A stretch of DNA of 64,000 nt from a virus (taxonomy: Duplodnaviria; Heunggongvirae; Uroviricota; Caudoviricetes), in the IMG/VR virus record IMGVR_UViG_3300042561_000621, one strand, 5' to 3'. The notes below the pieces were generated by a model. That model saw nothing but the letters and a program-made list of their open reading frames with translations. It made no database searches and had not been told where the DNA came from. Made by a program: the position numbers and the translations under genes. Positions 48,180-57,205 of this stretch are shown piece by piece (positions within the stretch are counted from its first letter, which is position 1; the number at the start of each line of letters is the position of its first letter).

Positions 48180-48572
48180 CTATAACTCTGTTATAGTTAC
48201 ATAATCAACTCCATTAAAACCAATTGCTTCAGCAGTTCCTAGAGATAAATCAATATCCCTATTATCATAGTAAGGGCCTCTATCAGTTACAGTTACAATT
48301 ACAGATCTTCCCCTATATGTAATTCTTAATCTAGTGCCAAATGCATATCTTCTATGAGCTACTGTTAAAGCATACTGATTAAATACTTCACCACTAGCTG
48401 TTAAATTACCATGAAATCCAGGCCCATACCAACTAGCTAATGCTTCATAGGAATTATTATAAGATTGCACCACTTTTACTTCATTTTGAGGTAATTCAGG
48501 AGGTAGTAAAGGAGATACAACACTTGTTGTAAGTGGAGTTAGCAAGTTAATTAATACTGGAATTAAGTTCAT
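48180..48572 (-). CDS. RlpA-like double-psi beta-barrel (DPBB) protein, putative lytic transglycosylase / cell-wall-binding enzyme
   Basis: ASWYGPGFHGNLTASGEVFNQYALTVAHRRYAFGTRLRITYRGRSVIVTVTDRGPY matches the RlpA signature (ASWYG..FHG..TA.GE...TAAH..LP.GT...V.N..NG.S..V.VNDRGP), with an N-terminal signal or TM. Confidence 0.7.
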   Translation of the reverse strand: MNLIPVLINLLTPLTTSVVSPLLPPELPQNEVKVVQSYNNSYEALASWYGPGFHGNLTASGEVFNQYALTVAHRRYAFGTRLRITYRGRSVIVTVTDRGPYYDNRDIDLSLGTAEAIGFNGVDYVTITEL

Positions 48573-48741
48573 TATTTGTTGTTGAATTTGTACAATTGTT
48601 ATATTTATTTATAAGTATTAGTATTGGTGTCATTAAACAAATACATATTATATAAGGCCATAACAAAGCCGTTGAATATCTTTTAATTAATACAAAGATT
48701 GATGTAATTATTAGATATAAGATAAAGATATATTGAATCAT
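48547..48741 (-). CDS. two-TM small membrane protein, holin-like
   Basis: A 64-aa product with two hydrophobic helices, overlapping the start of the RlpA-like gene. Confidence 0.35.
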   Translation of the reverse strand: MIQYIFILYLIITSIFVLIKRYSTALLWPYIICICLMTPILILINKYNNCTNSTTNNELNSSIN

Positions 48742-48790
48742 ATAAATAAAGATAAGTTAATTATAAATAAATAAACTAAGCATTATTCAT

Positions 48791-48940
48791 TCATTCATTT
48801 ATACTATCATTATTACTACATTCTTCACAGGAAACCCAAATTGTTTCATTATAAAACTTACCTGTAGTTTCATCTTTAAGATAAATGGTTCTCATATAAC
48901 CACCTTTATTATTACAGGATTTACACTTTTTATTACTCAT
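48791..48940 (-). CDS. small zinc-ribbon protein (49 aa)
   Basis: MSNKKCKSCNNKGG...WVSCEECSNND has two CxxC pairs; an AGGAG RBS lies 8 nt upstream; below the ORF-track cutoff. Confidence 0.45.
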   Translation of the reverse strand: MSNKKCKSCNNKGGYMRTIYLKDETTGKFYNETIWVSCEECSNNDSINE

Positions 48941-48955
48941 ATAATACTCCTATAG

Positions 48956-49510
48956 TTATTTAAATGAACAATTAGCAACTACATTCTTACCTTCATATAA
49001 GTCAAACTCCATACCATTTAAGTTTATGTTTTCAACTATTGAGGGTATTAAGAATGTTAAATATCCTTCACTAGTTGAATCTACAAACTCAATAGAAATA
49101 GATAACATTACATCTATGCCCTTAATATAAGTAGTACAAGAGTATTTACAATTAACTGGTACTGGTACTTTTCTAGCACCTTCAATCCACTTAATTGTAA
49201 TGTATCTATCAGGCATTGTAATACCTCTTTCTTTTAATAATGTAGTAGCTATATCATCAATTTCATTACTATTTAAAAAACCTTTATTATAGTTAGGTCT
49301 TTGTGTTACTACTTGATTATTATTAGCTAGTAAAGACTTAGTTAAACAAGCTGAATTAGTGCTTTTACTGCATGTTTGCAGTCTAAACTTATCAATTGAA
49401 ATAGGAGGCCCAACACTAACATGAACGTAGTTAATAGAATGTAAATTATCTCCTATAAACAAACCTCCACAGGCTCCACAAAGTCTTTGTTTAGGTTGTT
49501 CTTGTGTCAT
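48956..49510 (-). CDS. hypothetical protein with N-terminal CGACGG zinc-finger-like motif
   Basis: 184-aa ORF. Confidence 0.4.
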   Translation of the reverse strand: MTQEQPKQRLCGACGGLFIGDNLHSINYVHVSVGPPISIDKFRLQTCSKSTNSACLTKSLLANNNQVVTQRPNYNKGFLNSNEIDDIATTLLKERGITMPDRYITIKWIEGARKVPVPVNCKYSCTTYIKGIDVMLSISIEFVDSTSEGYLTFLIPSIVENINLNGMEFDLYEGKNVVANCSFK

Positions 49511-49785
49511 GGTATATTACCCTTAATATTATCTAAGAACTCTTGCTTAGCAAGCTTAGTAAATAATGCTGACTGACCAAGATAAAGCAAATGAAGAGAT
49601 TCTAGTAATTCTTTGGCCTGAGCAAGACTAATATTCTCAATTTGAGAAATAAAGACTTTATGCACAAACTGCTTTTCAATAGGGAGCTGACTCATATCAG
49701 AGTTAGTAGTAAATGATGGTACTACTTTATCTTTATTAGTATCATCATTGTTATCATTATCTGGTCTATCTGCTAATGCACTCAT
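49507..49785 (-). CDS. hypothetical protein (92 aa)
   Basis: ORF. Confidence 0.35.
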   Translation of the reverse strand: MSALADRPDNDNNDDTNKDKVVPSFTTNSDMSQLPIEKQFVHKVFISQIENISLAQAKELLESLHLLYLGQSALFTKLAKQEFLDNIKGNIP

Positions 49786-49813
49786 TGCTTATAACCTTTA
49801 TAATTAGTCTGTA

Positions 49814-50449
49814 TTAATTGTTACAATTGTATTCCATGTCATAGTGAAATCTAAGACATCTAATAACATCATAGTCATCATCAATAGCATTATGCTTTAC
49901 TTCTGTGTTATAGCCAGCTATCTCTAAACACTCTTTTAAGTTTGGTGTTTTGTCCATAGTATCTGGATCAAAGAATAGTTCTGCTGGATCATGCACCCTA
50001 TGAATAAAATATTGGTCAAGGGTTTGTTTTAAACCTGGCACCATGTCTAAGAAGGGCCTATCAAAACCACTAAAGTTCTTACCAGCAAACATTATTTTAT
50101 TATTCCAACCCCCATCACCTTTATGTAAGTGTTTAGTTAAAAACTTATTTATACAAGGTGCCACTTGATCAATTGTAATAATATCTGGATGAACACCTTC
50201 ATCAATGATTCTAATAATGTTCTTATTTAAGTTTAAAGCATATTCATCACCATATAGTGTAAATGGATACTTTATATAACAATGCCATGTAGGAAGAGTT
50301 AATAGATAGTCTTCTAAGTCTTCTCTTTTAACTCTCTTTCTACTATTATCTAGTACAATACCAACTTCTAAGATAAGAGATGTGGTCTTGTCTAAACCCG
50401 TAGTTTCAATGTCTGTTGCTGCAAGATTATATTTTAATTTACTGACCAA
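49814..50449 (-). CDS. DnaQ-like DEDDh 3'-5' exonuclease
   Basis: Exo I ATDIETTGLD, Exo II NFSGFDRPFL and Exo III HNAIDDDYD. Confidence 0.65.
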   Translation of the reverse strand: MVSKLKYNLAATDIETTGLDKTTSLILEVGIVLDNSRKRVKREDLEDYLLTLPTWHCYIKYPFTLYGDEYALNLNKNIIRIIDEGVHPDIITIDQVAPCINKFLTKHLHKGDGGWNNKIMFAGKNFSGFDRPFLDMVPGLKQTLDQYFIHRVHDPAELFFDPDTMDKTPNLKECLEIAGYNTEVKHNAIDDDYDVIRCLRFHYDMEYNCNN

Positions 50450-50661
50450 GTTTTAAACTCTCCATTAACACTAGCAATTGGTTCTTCATTTAATAATCCT
50501 TTGATATTAGCTTCATCAACATGTTCATATCCATTTATAAACATATCTTCTTTAATGAGATATACTCTTTTACTATTATCAAAATGATTATATCTAACAT
50601 CTTTAATAGTAACAGTTTGACCTGTTTTTAATATTACCTTATCACCAAGTTTAAACTGCAT
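50434..50661 (-). CDS. hypothetical protein (75 aa)
   Basis: ORF. Confidence 0.35.
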   Translation of the reverse strand: MQFKLGDKVILKTGQTVTIKDVRYNHFDNSKRVYLIKEDMFINGYEHVDEANIKGLLNEEPIASVNGEFKTWSVN

Positions 50662-50947
50662 TATGTTTATCCCAAATATTTACTGATTCTTGTAGATTAA
50701 GCCACGACTCAGGGCCATTACCTAATACATTACCAAGGTGTTCAGCAAGTTTATAATCAATTTGTACAGTACCTTTAATAATATTCTCTAAATGATCTAT
50801 TGCTATATCTAAGTATTGTGCAAAGGATTCAAAAGTAAAATCATCATTATCTTCATCTTCAATAATATCTAATAAAACAGAACCAGGGCTACCTGGTCTT
50901 CTTTTTCTGCTTAATATATGCTCAATATGTTCTTGTGATAATGCCAT
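50651..50947 (-). CDS. HigA-like HTH antitoxin-family protein
   Basis: RPGSPGSVLLDII...LAEHLGNVLGNGPESWLNLQESVNIWD matches the HigA/VapI consensus (PGE.L.E....LA..LG......W.NLQ..YDL). Confidence 0.45.
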   Translation of the reverse strand: MALSQEHIEHILSRKRRPGSPGSVLLDIIEDEDNDDFTFESFAQYLDIAIDHLENIIKGTVQIDYKLAEHLGNVLGNGPESWLNLQESVNIWDKHNAV

Positions 50948-50959
50948 CTTAATAACTCC

Positions 50960-51256
50960 TTATTTTGTTGGATATACATTGTTTTTAACTCTTAGAAGCT
51001 TAATTGTATGTTGTTCACTAGCAATCCAACAACTAACTAATAATTCCAACATTTCCATTTTTAAAGAAGAAACATGTTTAATATTAATTGTTGTTAGCCA
51101 TCCTAAAAACACATCTTTATCTTCTTTTAATGTATTTAAAAGCTTATCTTTATCTTGTTCTAATGTTGATATAGGATCAACATATTCAATGTAAACTGAT
51201 GCTAGTGGTGCATCAAATGATATACCACTAGCATTAAATTGATTATTATAATTCAT
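50960..51256 (-). CDS. hypothetical protein, candidate toxin partner of the HigA-like gene (position only)
   Basis: A 98-aa ORF immediately upstream in the same operon; no diagnostic motif. Confidence 0.2.
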   Translation of the reverse strand: MNYNNQFNASGISFDAPLASVYIEYVDPISTLEQDKDKLLNTLKEDKDVFLGWLTTINIKHVSSLKMEMLELLVSCWIASEQHTIKLLRVKNNVYPTK

Positions 51257-51545
51257 CTTCTGTTAATTCAACTAATTCTTCAATATCAATAACATGAGTT
51301 GTATTAAACTTAATATTAATATAAGCACCATGTCCTGATTGATTTGGAATTGGCCCAAGGAATAACAATGATCTATAATCACTCATATCTTCCTCTGGAT
51401 CATCTATAACATATTGTCTAAACATAGAATCATCCGTAAATTTAACTAATGATAAAGGTCTAGGTTCTTTGTTATTAGCTTTAATTTTATTAATCTCAGC
51501 TTCAATCTCAGCATCTGTTTTAGGTATCCAAGTTTTACTTGTCAT
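51246..51545 (-). CDS. hypothetical protein (start probably at an internal Met)
   Basis: The longest ORF would overlap the upstream gene by 107 nt; an internal ATG reduces the overlap to about 11 nt. Confidence 0.35.
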   Translation of the reverse strand: MTSKTWIPKTDAEIEAEINKIKANNKEPRPLSLVKFTDDSMFRQYVIDDPEEDMSDYRSLLFLGPIPNQSGHGAYINIKFNTTHVIDIEELVELTEDEL

Positions 51546-52320
51546 ATAGTTCATTATAGTATTGTTTAATAGCACTACTATATAGATAATAAGCAGCATC
51601 AACTGTCTCTGCTTCTTCTTTTGTATTAAACTCTTTACCATTAATAAAGAAGTCTAATAGTTCTGATAGAAATTGATTAAACAAGTTATCATAATTAACC
51701 TGTCCAACTAAGTTAATAGCTGCTTGTTCTACTAATAAAGTATTATTAGAATCACTAAACAATTTAGCATTTAATAGACTATTCCATAGGTCAATATACT
51801 GCCAACTAATAACATTATTAACCCATTTCCAATGAGGATATTTGTCTTTAGCTCTAATTTCAAAGTGTTGTAAAAACAATTTTAAATCCAATAAATCTTT
51901 ATAATTAGGATCGCTAAAACTAATATTTAATTGATTAATTGCATCCATTAATGCAAACTTTCTACCTTCATTTCTATTAAACTTATCTCCATATTGAGGG
52001 GATGATACACCTGTAATAATATAAGTGTTTTTACTCTCTGGGATCAATTCAAACCTTTTATTATTGCCGTTATAAATATGATCAGTTTCAATTTTAAGAG
52101 GATTACCTTCTCTATCAAACAAAAACACTTCAGTTGAAATATACTTCTTTTGTTTAAGTTTTGATTCATCTAATACAATAGTATGTTGACCTCTACTAAT
52201 AGCCTTATCAACTGCATTAACAGCATAAGCTCTATTAGGTACATACTTCCAATTATGTTTATATTCAAGCACTGGTTGTACTTGTTTAGATTTGTCATTT
52301 GTCATTAATACTTTTGTCAT
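51535..52320 (-). CDS. hypothetical protein (261 aa)
   Basis: ORF. Confidence 0.45.
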   Translation of the reverse strand: MTKVLMTNDKSKQVQPVLEYKHNWKYVPNRAYAVNAVDKAISRGQHTIVLDESKLKQKKYISTEVFLFDREGNPLKIETDHIYNGNNKRFELIPESKNTYIITGVSSPQYGDKFNRNEGRKFALMDAINQLNISFSDPNYKDLLDLKLFLQHFEIRAKDKYPHWKWVNNVISWQYIDLWNSLLNAKLFSDSNNTLLVEQAAINLVGQVNYDNLFNQFLSELLDFFINGKEFNTKEEAETVDAAYYLYSSAIKQYYNELYDK

Positions 52321-52365
52321 ATTATTATTTATTTTTTTATTATTTGTTTTATTTAATGTTTATTA

Positions 52366-52680
52366 TTACTCTTCAATTTTATGAATCTTTTGTAATAACT
52401 TAAGAAACTCTGACTTATCAAAAACATCTAAATTTGCATACCAAGATATAAATGTATATATTATTTTTAATTGATCATTTTTAGAAAAATCAATAAAGCT
52501 ATTATGACTAATCATAAAATCTCTTAAAAATTCTTGATCAATTTGTTGTATGTATTCTTTAGCAAGTTCTAAATCCTCAAACTCTTTAGAAAAATTATTA
52601 GTAGGGTGATTAACTACAAAAGAGGTAAAGTCAGTAACTTGGCCATTTGGCAATTTAACTTGTACTTTATAATCTGTCAT
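52366..52680 (-). CDS. hypothetical protein (104 aa)
   Basis: ORF. Confidence 0.4.
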   Translation of the reverse strand: MTDYKVQVKLPNGQVTDFTSFVVNHPTNNFSKEFEDLELAKEYIQQIDQEFLRDFMISHNSFIDFSKNDQLKIIYTFISWYANLDVFDKSEFLKLLQKIHKIEE

Positions 52681-52694
52681 AACAAAGCCTCATA

Positions 52695-53072
52695 TTAATC
52701 CTTAAGAATATCTATTACATCATAACCAAATAAGGAACAATACAGCCTTAAAAGAGATATTGCATCTTTAGATAAACCACTTGGATAATCTTTTGAAAGG
52801 GCTAAATAATCATCAACTATATAAGTTTTTATATTGTTTAAAGCTTCATCAAATGTTTTACCATATGCAGAGAGCTTAAACGTAGGAGATGATGCAATAA
52901 ATAGATCTTTCTTTGGTTGAGTTACTTTAATTATAATTGGGTAAGTAAATCCATAACCATCAACAAGATCTGTTATTTCACAGAATGATGCAATATATTC
53001 TCTAACAAAGAGATAATGTATAAATTGAATAATAGATCTAAATAAACCTAATTCTGTATCTTTACTACTCAT
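52695..53072 (-). CDS. hypothetical protein (125 aa)
   Basis: ORF. Confidence 0.4.
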   Translation of the reverse strand: MSSKDTELGLFRSIIQFIHYLFVREYIASFCEITDLVDGYGFTYPIIIKVTQPKKDLFIASSPTFKLSAYGKTFDEALNNIKTYIVDDYLALSKDYPSGLSKDAISLLRLYCSLFGYDVIDILKD

Positions 53073-53299
53073 TAGTTTCTTTTTTTAACTCCAATTATAT
53101 CTAGTAACAAAGTAAATAAAAACAAAGGCCAAAACAAAAATACAACTACAAATATATAAATTATGTATAACTTTTGTATAATTTTTGACCAATTATAATA
53201 ATATAAAGTCAAATCTTTGTACAAATAATTGTTTAGGTTAGCCCAAATAGACACCATAAACAACACACCAAAAAGAGGATAAACAATAAAATAATTCAT
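53072..53299 (-). CDS. small membrane protein (2 TM)
   Basis: Hydrophobic 75-aa product. Confidence 0.35.
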   Translation of the reverse strand: MNYFIVYPLFGVLFMVSIWANLNNYLYKDLTLYYYNWSKIIQKLYIIYIFVVVFLFWPLFLFTLLLDIIGVKKRN

Positions 53300-53308
53300 A
53301 ATATAACC

Positions 53309-53581
53309 TCAATTAAAAATAAATCTATCAAGAAAAACAAGACAAGGATTCCCCTCTGTTGTAATTATAAATTCATTAGTTTTAGGATCAACGGTTATAA
53401 TAACAGTTTGTTGTATGCCATTATTAATTTTGATTGGTTGTTCTTGTGAAGTATTATTAATTTGTTCACATCCAACATTGAAATTCCTAGTAACTTTACT
53501 ACTCATAATAAATCTATTTCTTATTATCCCTTTCCAAATCTGTTTCTGGATCAATTTTGTTAATTTCAAAAGAAAAGCCAA
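53309..53581 (-). CDS. hypothetical protein (90 aa)
   Basis: ORF. Confidence 0.3.
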   Translation of the reverse strand: MAFLLKLTKLIQKQIWKGIIRNRFIMSSKVTRNFNVGCEQINNTSQEQPIKINNGIQQTVIITVDPKTNEFIITTEGNPCLVFLDRFIFN

Positions 53582-53852
53582 TTCTAATAGTACTTAAAAA
53601 TATAATAAGATCAACTAATAAATAAGTAGAATAAAAAGGCCAAAACATAACAAAGAAACAATTACCAATAAAGAATTTTAATTCTCTTTCTTGATTACTC
53701 ATTCCTATCAAATCAGTATTTAAGTAATTAATTATAAACTTATTTATAATTGTATTAAATATTAATGCTTGAAGCCAACCAATTGATATATAAACTAATA
53801 AATATTCAATAGGAATATCATTTAAGTCATTTAAAACTGTTAAATCAATCAT
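53514..53852 (-). CDS. membrane protein (multi-TM)
   Basis: Hydrophobic segments; start uncertain because of a 68-nt overlap. Confidence 0.35.
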   Translation of the reverse strand: MIDLTVLNDLNDIPIEYLLVYISIGWLQALIFNTIINKFIINYLNTDLIGMSNQERELKFFIGNCFFVMFWPFYSTYLLVDLIIFLSTIRIGFSFEINKIDPETDLERDNKK

Positions 53853-54685
53853 ACTAATAAACTCTCTATACTACTTACAATTAAATGTCTAACAAACTTC
53901 TTTGGCAGTCTAACATTACTTACTTTATCTAGTAATATAGGCTTAAACAATGGTGCCACCTGTTCAAATGTAAACCCTGCTAAGCCACATCCAACTTCAG
54001 TTACAAGAAATGTTAGATGTGTATTATCTTTAGCAAATGTTATAAATTTGCTAACTTCATCTTCTAGCAAAGACATAGGAATAGATGGTCTTTGAGGCAC
54101 ATTTAAGTCTGTTGTAATAAGACCATATGTTTGACCTTTATAAGCTTCAACTAAGCCATAAACAGCACCAAACTTTAAAGCATGTTTAGCTGCTCCAGCG
54201 CCGTGGCGAAAATCTTGATTAGCTCCATAGAGAAACACTTCATTAAGCTCTAAATCATTAATAATATCAGGTGAATAATTATATGTTGGAGGATATAAAT
54301 TATAAGTAAATTGATATAATTCTTTATCTTTATTAGATTTAAAATAAGCTCTAGCAAAAGCTTCATCTCAACCTTCTAATTCACACCATTCTTTAATTCC
54401 ATTATGATGTTCAAGTAACATATAGTATGGATATAATTTATGTCCAACTCTATCTAAATGTTCTGTTTTAGTAGCAAAGACTATAATAGAATCAACTACT
54501 TGTTTGGTTTTATTATCAGTTCTAATAAATCTAACAGGCTGACCATGTTTAAGAGTTCTAATTAAAGCAATTTCATTAGGATAACATCTAGTAGTAGCAG
54601 TTCTAATACCTGTTCTAATAGCATCTATAGTATACATGTCAAGATTAGACATGTAAAAAGACATATTAAATGTTGGAATGTTCAT
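53849..54685 (-). CDS. two-domain protein with C-terminal macro-like (ADP-ribose binding/processing) domain, interrupted by a single in-frame TGA at 54368-54370
   Basis: ORFs 54368..54685 and 53849..54238 are in the same frame (...EWCELEG-TGA-DEAFARAYFK...). The downstream half has no ATG for 40 codons. In the C-terminal half, ...YGANQDFRHGAGAAKHALKFG... and ...LTFLVTEVGCGLAGF resemble the macro-domain Gly-rich loops. Confidence 0.4.
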
Positions 54686-54692
54686 AATAAAT

Positions 54693-54865
54693 CACTTAAA
54701 AAACTTATTAATAAACTTATTAATCTTATAAATAATAGAGTTAAACAAAGATCTTTTATATACTTGTCCATCTTTAATAACATTGCCCTTAACTTTATTA
54801 CCTTTTATAATAGTAATAGTTTCTTTTCCTGTTTTAACATCAATAGATGTAATTTTACCTGACAT
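54693..54865 (-). CDS. small K-rich protein (57 aa)
   Basis: MSGKITSIDVKTGKETITIIKGNKVKGNVIKDGQVYK...; an AAGGAG RBS lies 7 nt upstream; below the ORF-track cutoff. Confidence 0.4.
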
Positions 54866-55136
54866 TTGTATTCTCCTTTACACTTTTAAAAGTTAAAGAT
54901 AATTGTTGTAAAGCTTCTGAACCCTTAAAACATACAAAGTTTTTACCATCAGCATCACTTTTCTTATATAAAACAGTAATAATTTCTTCATTATTATATC
55001 TATTAACAAGAGGATGATAAAACTTAGCTATCCAAGTTTTACATGAAGCTATACCCTTACTAAGCACTGCATAATCAATATTAGTAATAACAATTGTAAA
55101 AACAACTAAACCATCTTTACTTATATATGTCCACAT
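54855..55136 (-). CDS. MWTYISKDG-family protein, paralog 1
   Basis: Shares N-terminus MWTYISKDG...NIDY.ILSKG with the adjacent gene. Confidence 0.45.
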   Translation of the reverse strand: MWTYISKDGLVVFTIVITNIDYAVLSKGIASCKTWIAKFYHPLVNRYNNEEIITVLYKKSDADGKNFVCFKGSEALQQLSLTFKSVKENTNVR

Positions 55137-55141
55137 AATAT

Positions 55142-55399
55142 TTAATTCTTTTGGCTTGTAAATCTATGTTCTGGAGTAATAACTAATTGATTAAACGCCA
55201 CTTCACCTTCAATGTAAATAAAACCACCAGTCTTTTTATAGATAATAGTGAGGTATTCACTATTATAATAATTATTAATCTCTTTATGATCAAAGTATTT
55301 CTTCCAAGGACTTTGTAAACCCTTACTAAGAATTACATAATCAATGTTTGAGTATGGAATAGCATATTTAGTTCCATCTTTACTTATATATGTCCACAT
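55142..55399 (-). CDS. MWTYISKDG-family protein, paralog 2
   Basis: Tandem paralog. Confidence 0.45.
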   Translation of the reverse strand: MWTYISKDGTKYAIPYSNIDYVILSKGLQSPWKKYFDHKEINNYYNSEYLTIIYKKTGGFIYIEGEVAFNQLVITPEHRFTSQKN

Positions 55400-55439
55400 A
55401 ATATTAAATCTCCTAATTAATATTTAAAACAAACTTAAT

Positions 55440-55811
55440 TTAACATTGAGGATCTTCTCCCCACACAAACTGATTTAAAAACTTACAATAATAAGTAGCT
55501 TCATCTACATCATTACTTATATCTTTATAGGGTGTTAATGGTACTGCATGTTTACACATAGCATTATCACTACAACATGATTTTGTCTTTGTATTATCAT
55601 AGAAAATAGTTGGATAACCTTCTCTATGTTCTACTTTATTAGCTGCTTTTAAATCATTACAATAGTTAAAGTATTTACTAGATAGAACCAATTCAGGAGG
55701 CCATTTTAATTTAAGTCTTTCATATATAGTCTTAGCGGGTATATTAAGTTCAATTGACCATTGTTTAACAGTTTGAACCTTACCTTTATACTTAATCTTT
55801 CTTATAGACAT
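55440..55811 (-). CDS. putative DNA-binding protein (N-terminal HTH, Cys-rich C-terminus)
   Basis: VKQWSIELNIPAKTIYERLKL HTH-like segment and C-terminal cysteines. Confidence 0.35.
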   Translation of the reverse strand: MSIRKIKYKGKVQTVKQWSIELNIPAKTIYERLKLKWPPELVLSSKYFNYCNDLKAANKVEHREGYPTIFYDNTKTKSCCSDNAMCKHAVPLTPYKDISNDVDEATYYCKFLNQFVWGEDPQC

Positions 55812-55892
55812 AATTAAATCATATCTCCTTTTTTACTATTGCAATACATACATAATAATAGTATTTCAACTGTTTTACATTGAGTCCAAACA

Positions 55893-56129
55893 TTATTCTT
55901 TTTCTTTGGCATTTTTTAACATAGATGTTATTAATTGTCCTTTAAGCATCTCAGCATGTTTATAAGGATCAGATAACTCTTGTGAATATTTATTTTGTAG
56001 CTCTTCATGTTCCCACATTAAAGTTTCTGTAATATCTAATAATGTTTTTAAATCTTCATCATTACATCTCCAAGGGGTAAACTTTATTAAATTATGCAGG
56101 GAAGTTAAATAATCTTTATTAATGTGCAT
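55893..56129 (-). CDS. hypothetical protein (78 aa)
   Basis: ORF. Confidence 0.35.
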   Translation of the reverse strand: MHINKDYLTSLHNLIKFTPWRCNDEDLKTLLDITETLMWEHEELQNKYSQELSDPYKHAEMLKGQLITSMLKNAKEKE

Positions 56130-56135
56130 ATTAGT

Positions 56136-56558
56136 TTAATTCCAATCAAATTGATTTATATTTAACTCTGTCTTACAAAACTCTATAAAAGTTTGTTGAC
56201 TATCTAATGGAGTATATCCTTTAAAGAAGTTATAGACTATGGGCCACATATTATTAATATTATAAGGCTCATTTAATATGCCTCTAAACATTGAATCATC
56301 TATACTATATATAGTTAAATTAATCCAGGGTCTTTTAGGTTCATTTATAAATGATAAAGCCAAAACATTATAAATTCTATTATATAAGATATAAGAACAT
56401 TCTTCAGTTACTTTAATAACCATAAAATAAGATGTGCCAGATCTGTTACTAATCTTATAAGTAAGACCAACAATAGATTCAGCCTCATCATCTGTAAAAT
56501 CATATATAGCAAATCTACTACTTTCTAATAGCTTTAATAACTCTAAAGTTGTTCTCAT
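56136..56558 (-). CDS. hypothetical protein (140 aa)
   Basis: ORF. Confidence 0.4.
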   Translation of the reverse strand: MRTTLELLKLLESSRFAIYDFTDDEAESIVGLTYKISNRSGTSYFMVIKVTEECSYILYNRIYNVLALSFINEPKRPWINLTIYSIDDSMFRGILNEPYNINNMWPIVYNFFKGYTPLDSQQTFIEFCKTELNINQFDWN

Positions 56559-56562
56559 ATTA

Positions 56563-57186
56563 TTAAAATAAATCCAATTTCAAAGTTTTTAAAACATCAT
56601 TAAATACAGTAAGATCAGCTAGATTAAATATAGGTATATTGTAATCTAATGCTATTCTTAAACCTTGTCCAGTACCACCAACAACCTTTGCATTAGGTGT
56701 CCAACAAAGGACAAAATCAACTGGTGATTTTAAGTCTGGTCCTAACACACAATAAGCATTTCTAGCCATTAACTTTTTAGTAAAGGGTGTTAAGTGTTGT
56801 GGTGCTGGATGATACTTATCAACTGTTTTTAACCCTTCATTCCAATTAAATAAAGAGGAACAATCTATAAAGTCAGTGCCATTTGCTGTTTTATAGTTAA
56901 AGTATTTAGAAGGCATAAACACTTTATAAAAGTATATTCTTGCTAAGAATGCTGCATCAGCACCTTCAGCAGCACCACTTGTATAAAGTATAAACAATTG
57001 ATGTTCTAACCTTTTACTTATATGTGACATTCTAATTAGAACTTCATATGGAGTACTTCTAGCACCAATACCAGCATAAGTTAATACTCTATTACTGTCA
57101 TCTTCTTTTTGTTTAATTAAAGATTGTAATAGAGTATTAAACTGGCAATTATGTTGAACATTAACTAAATTAATGTTATTAGTCAT
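56563..57186 (-). CDS. DprA/Smf-like (SLOG Rossmann-fold) DNA-processing protein
   Basis: LTYAGIGARSTPYEV...ILYTSGAAEGADAAFLARI matches the DprA pattern VGSR..S.YG....L...G...VSG.A.GID..AH. Confidence 0.45.
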   Translation of the reverse strand: MTNNINLVNVQHNCQFNTLLQSLIKQKEDDSNRVLTYAGIGARSTPYEVLIRMSHISKRLEHQLFILYTSGAAEGADAAFLARIYFYKVFMPSKYFNYKTANGTDFIDCSSLFNWNEGLKTVDKYHPAPQHLTPFTKKLMARNAYCVLGPDLKSPVDFVLCWTPNAKVVGGTGQGLRIALDYNIPIFNLADLTVFNDVLKTLKLDLF

Positions 57187-57205
57187 AATTTAATACTTTA
57201 ATACT

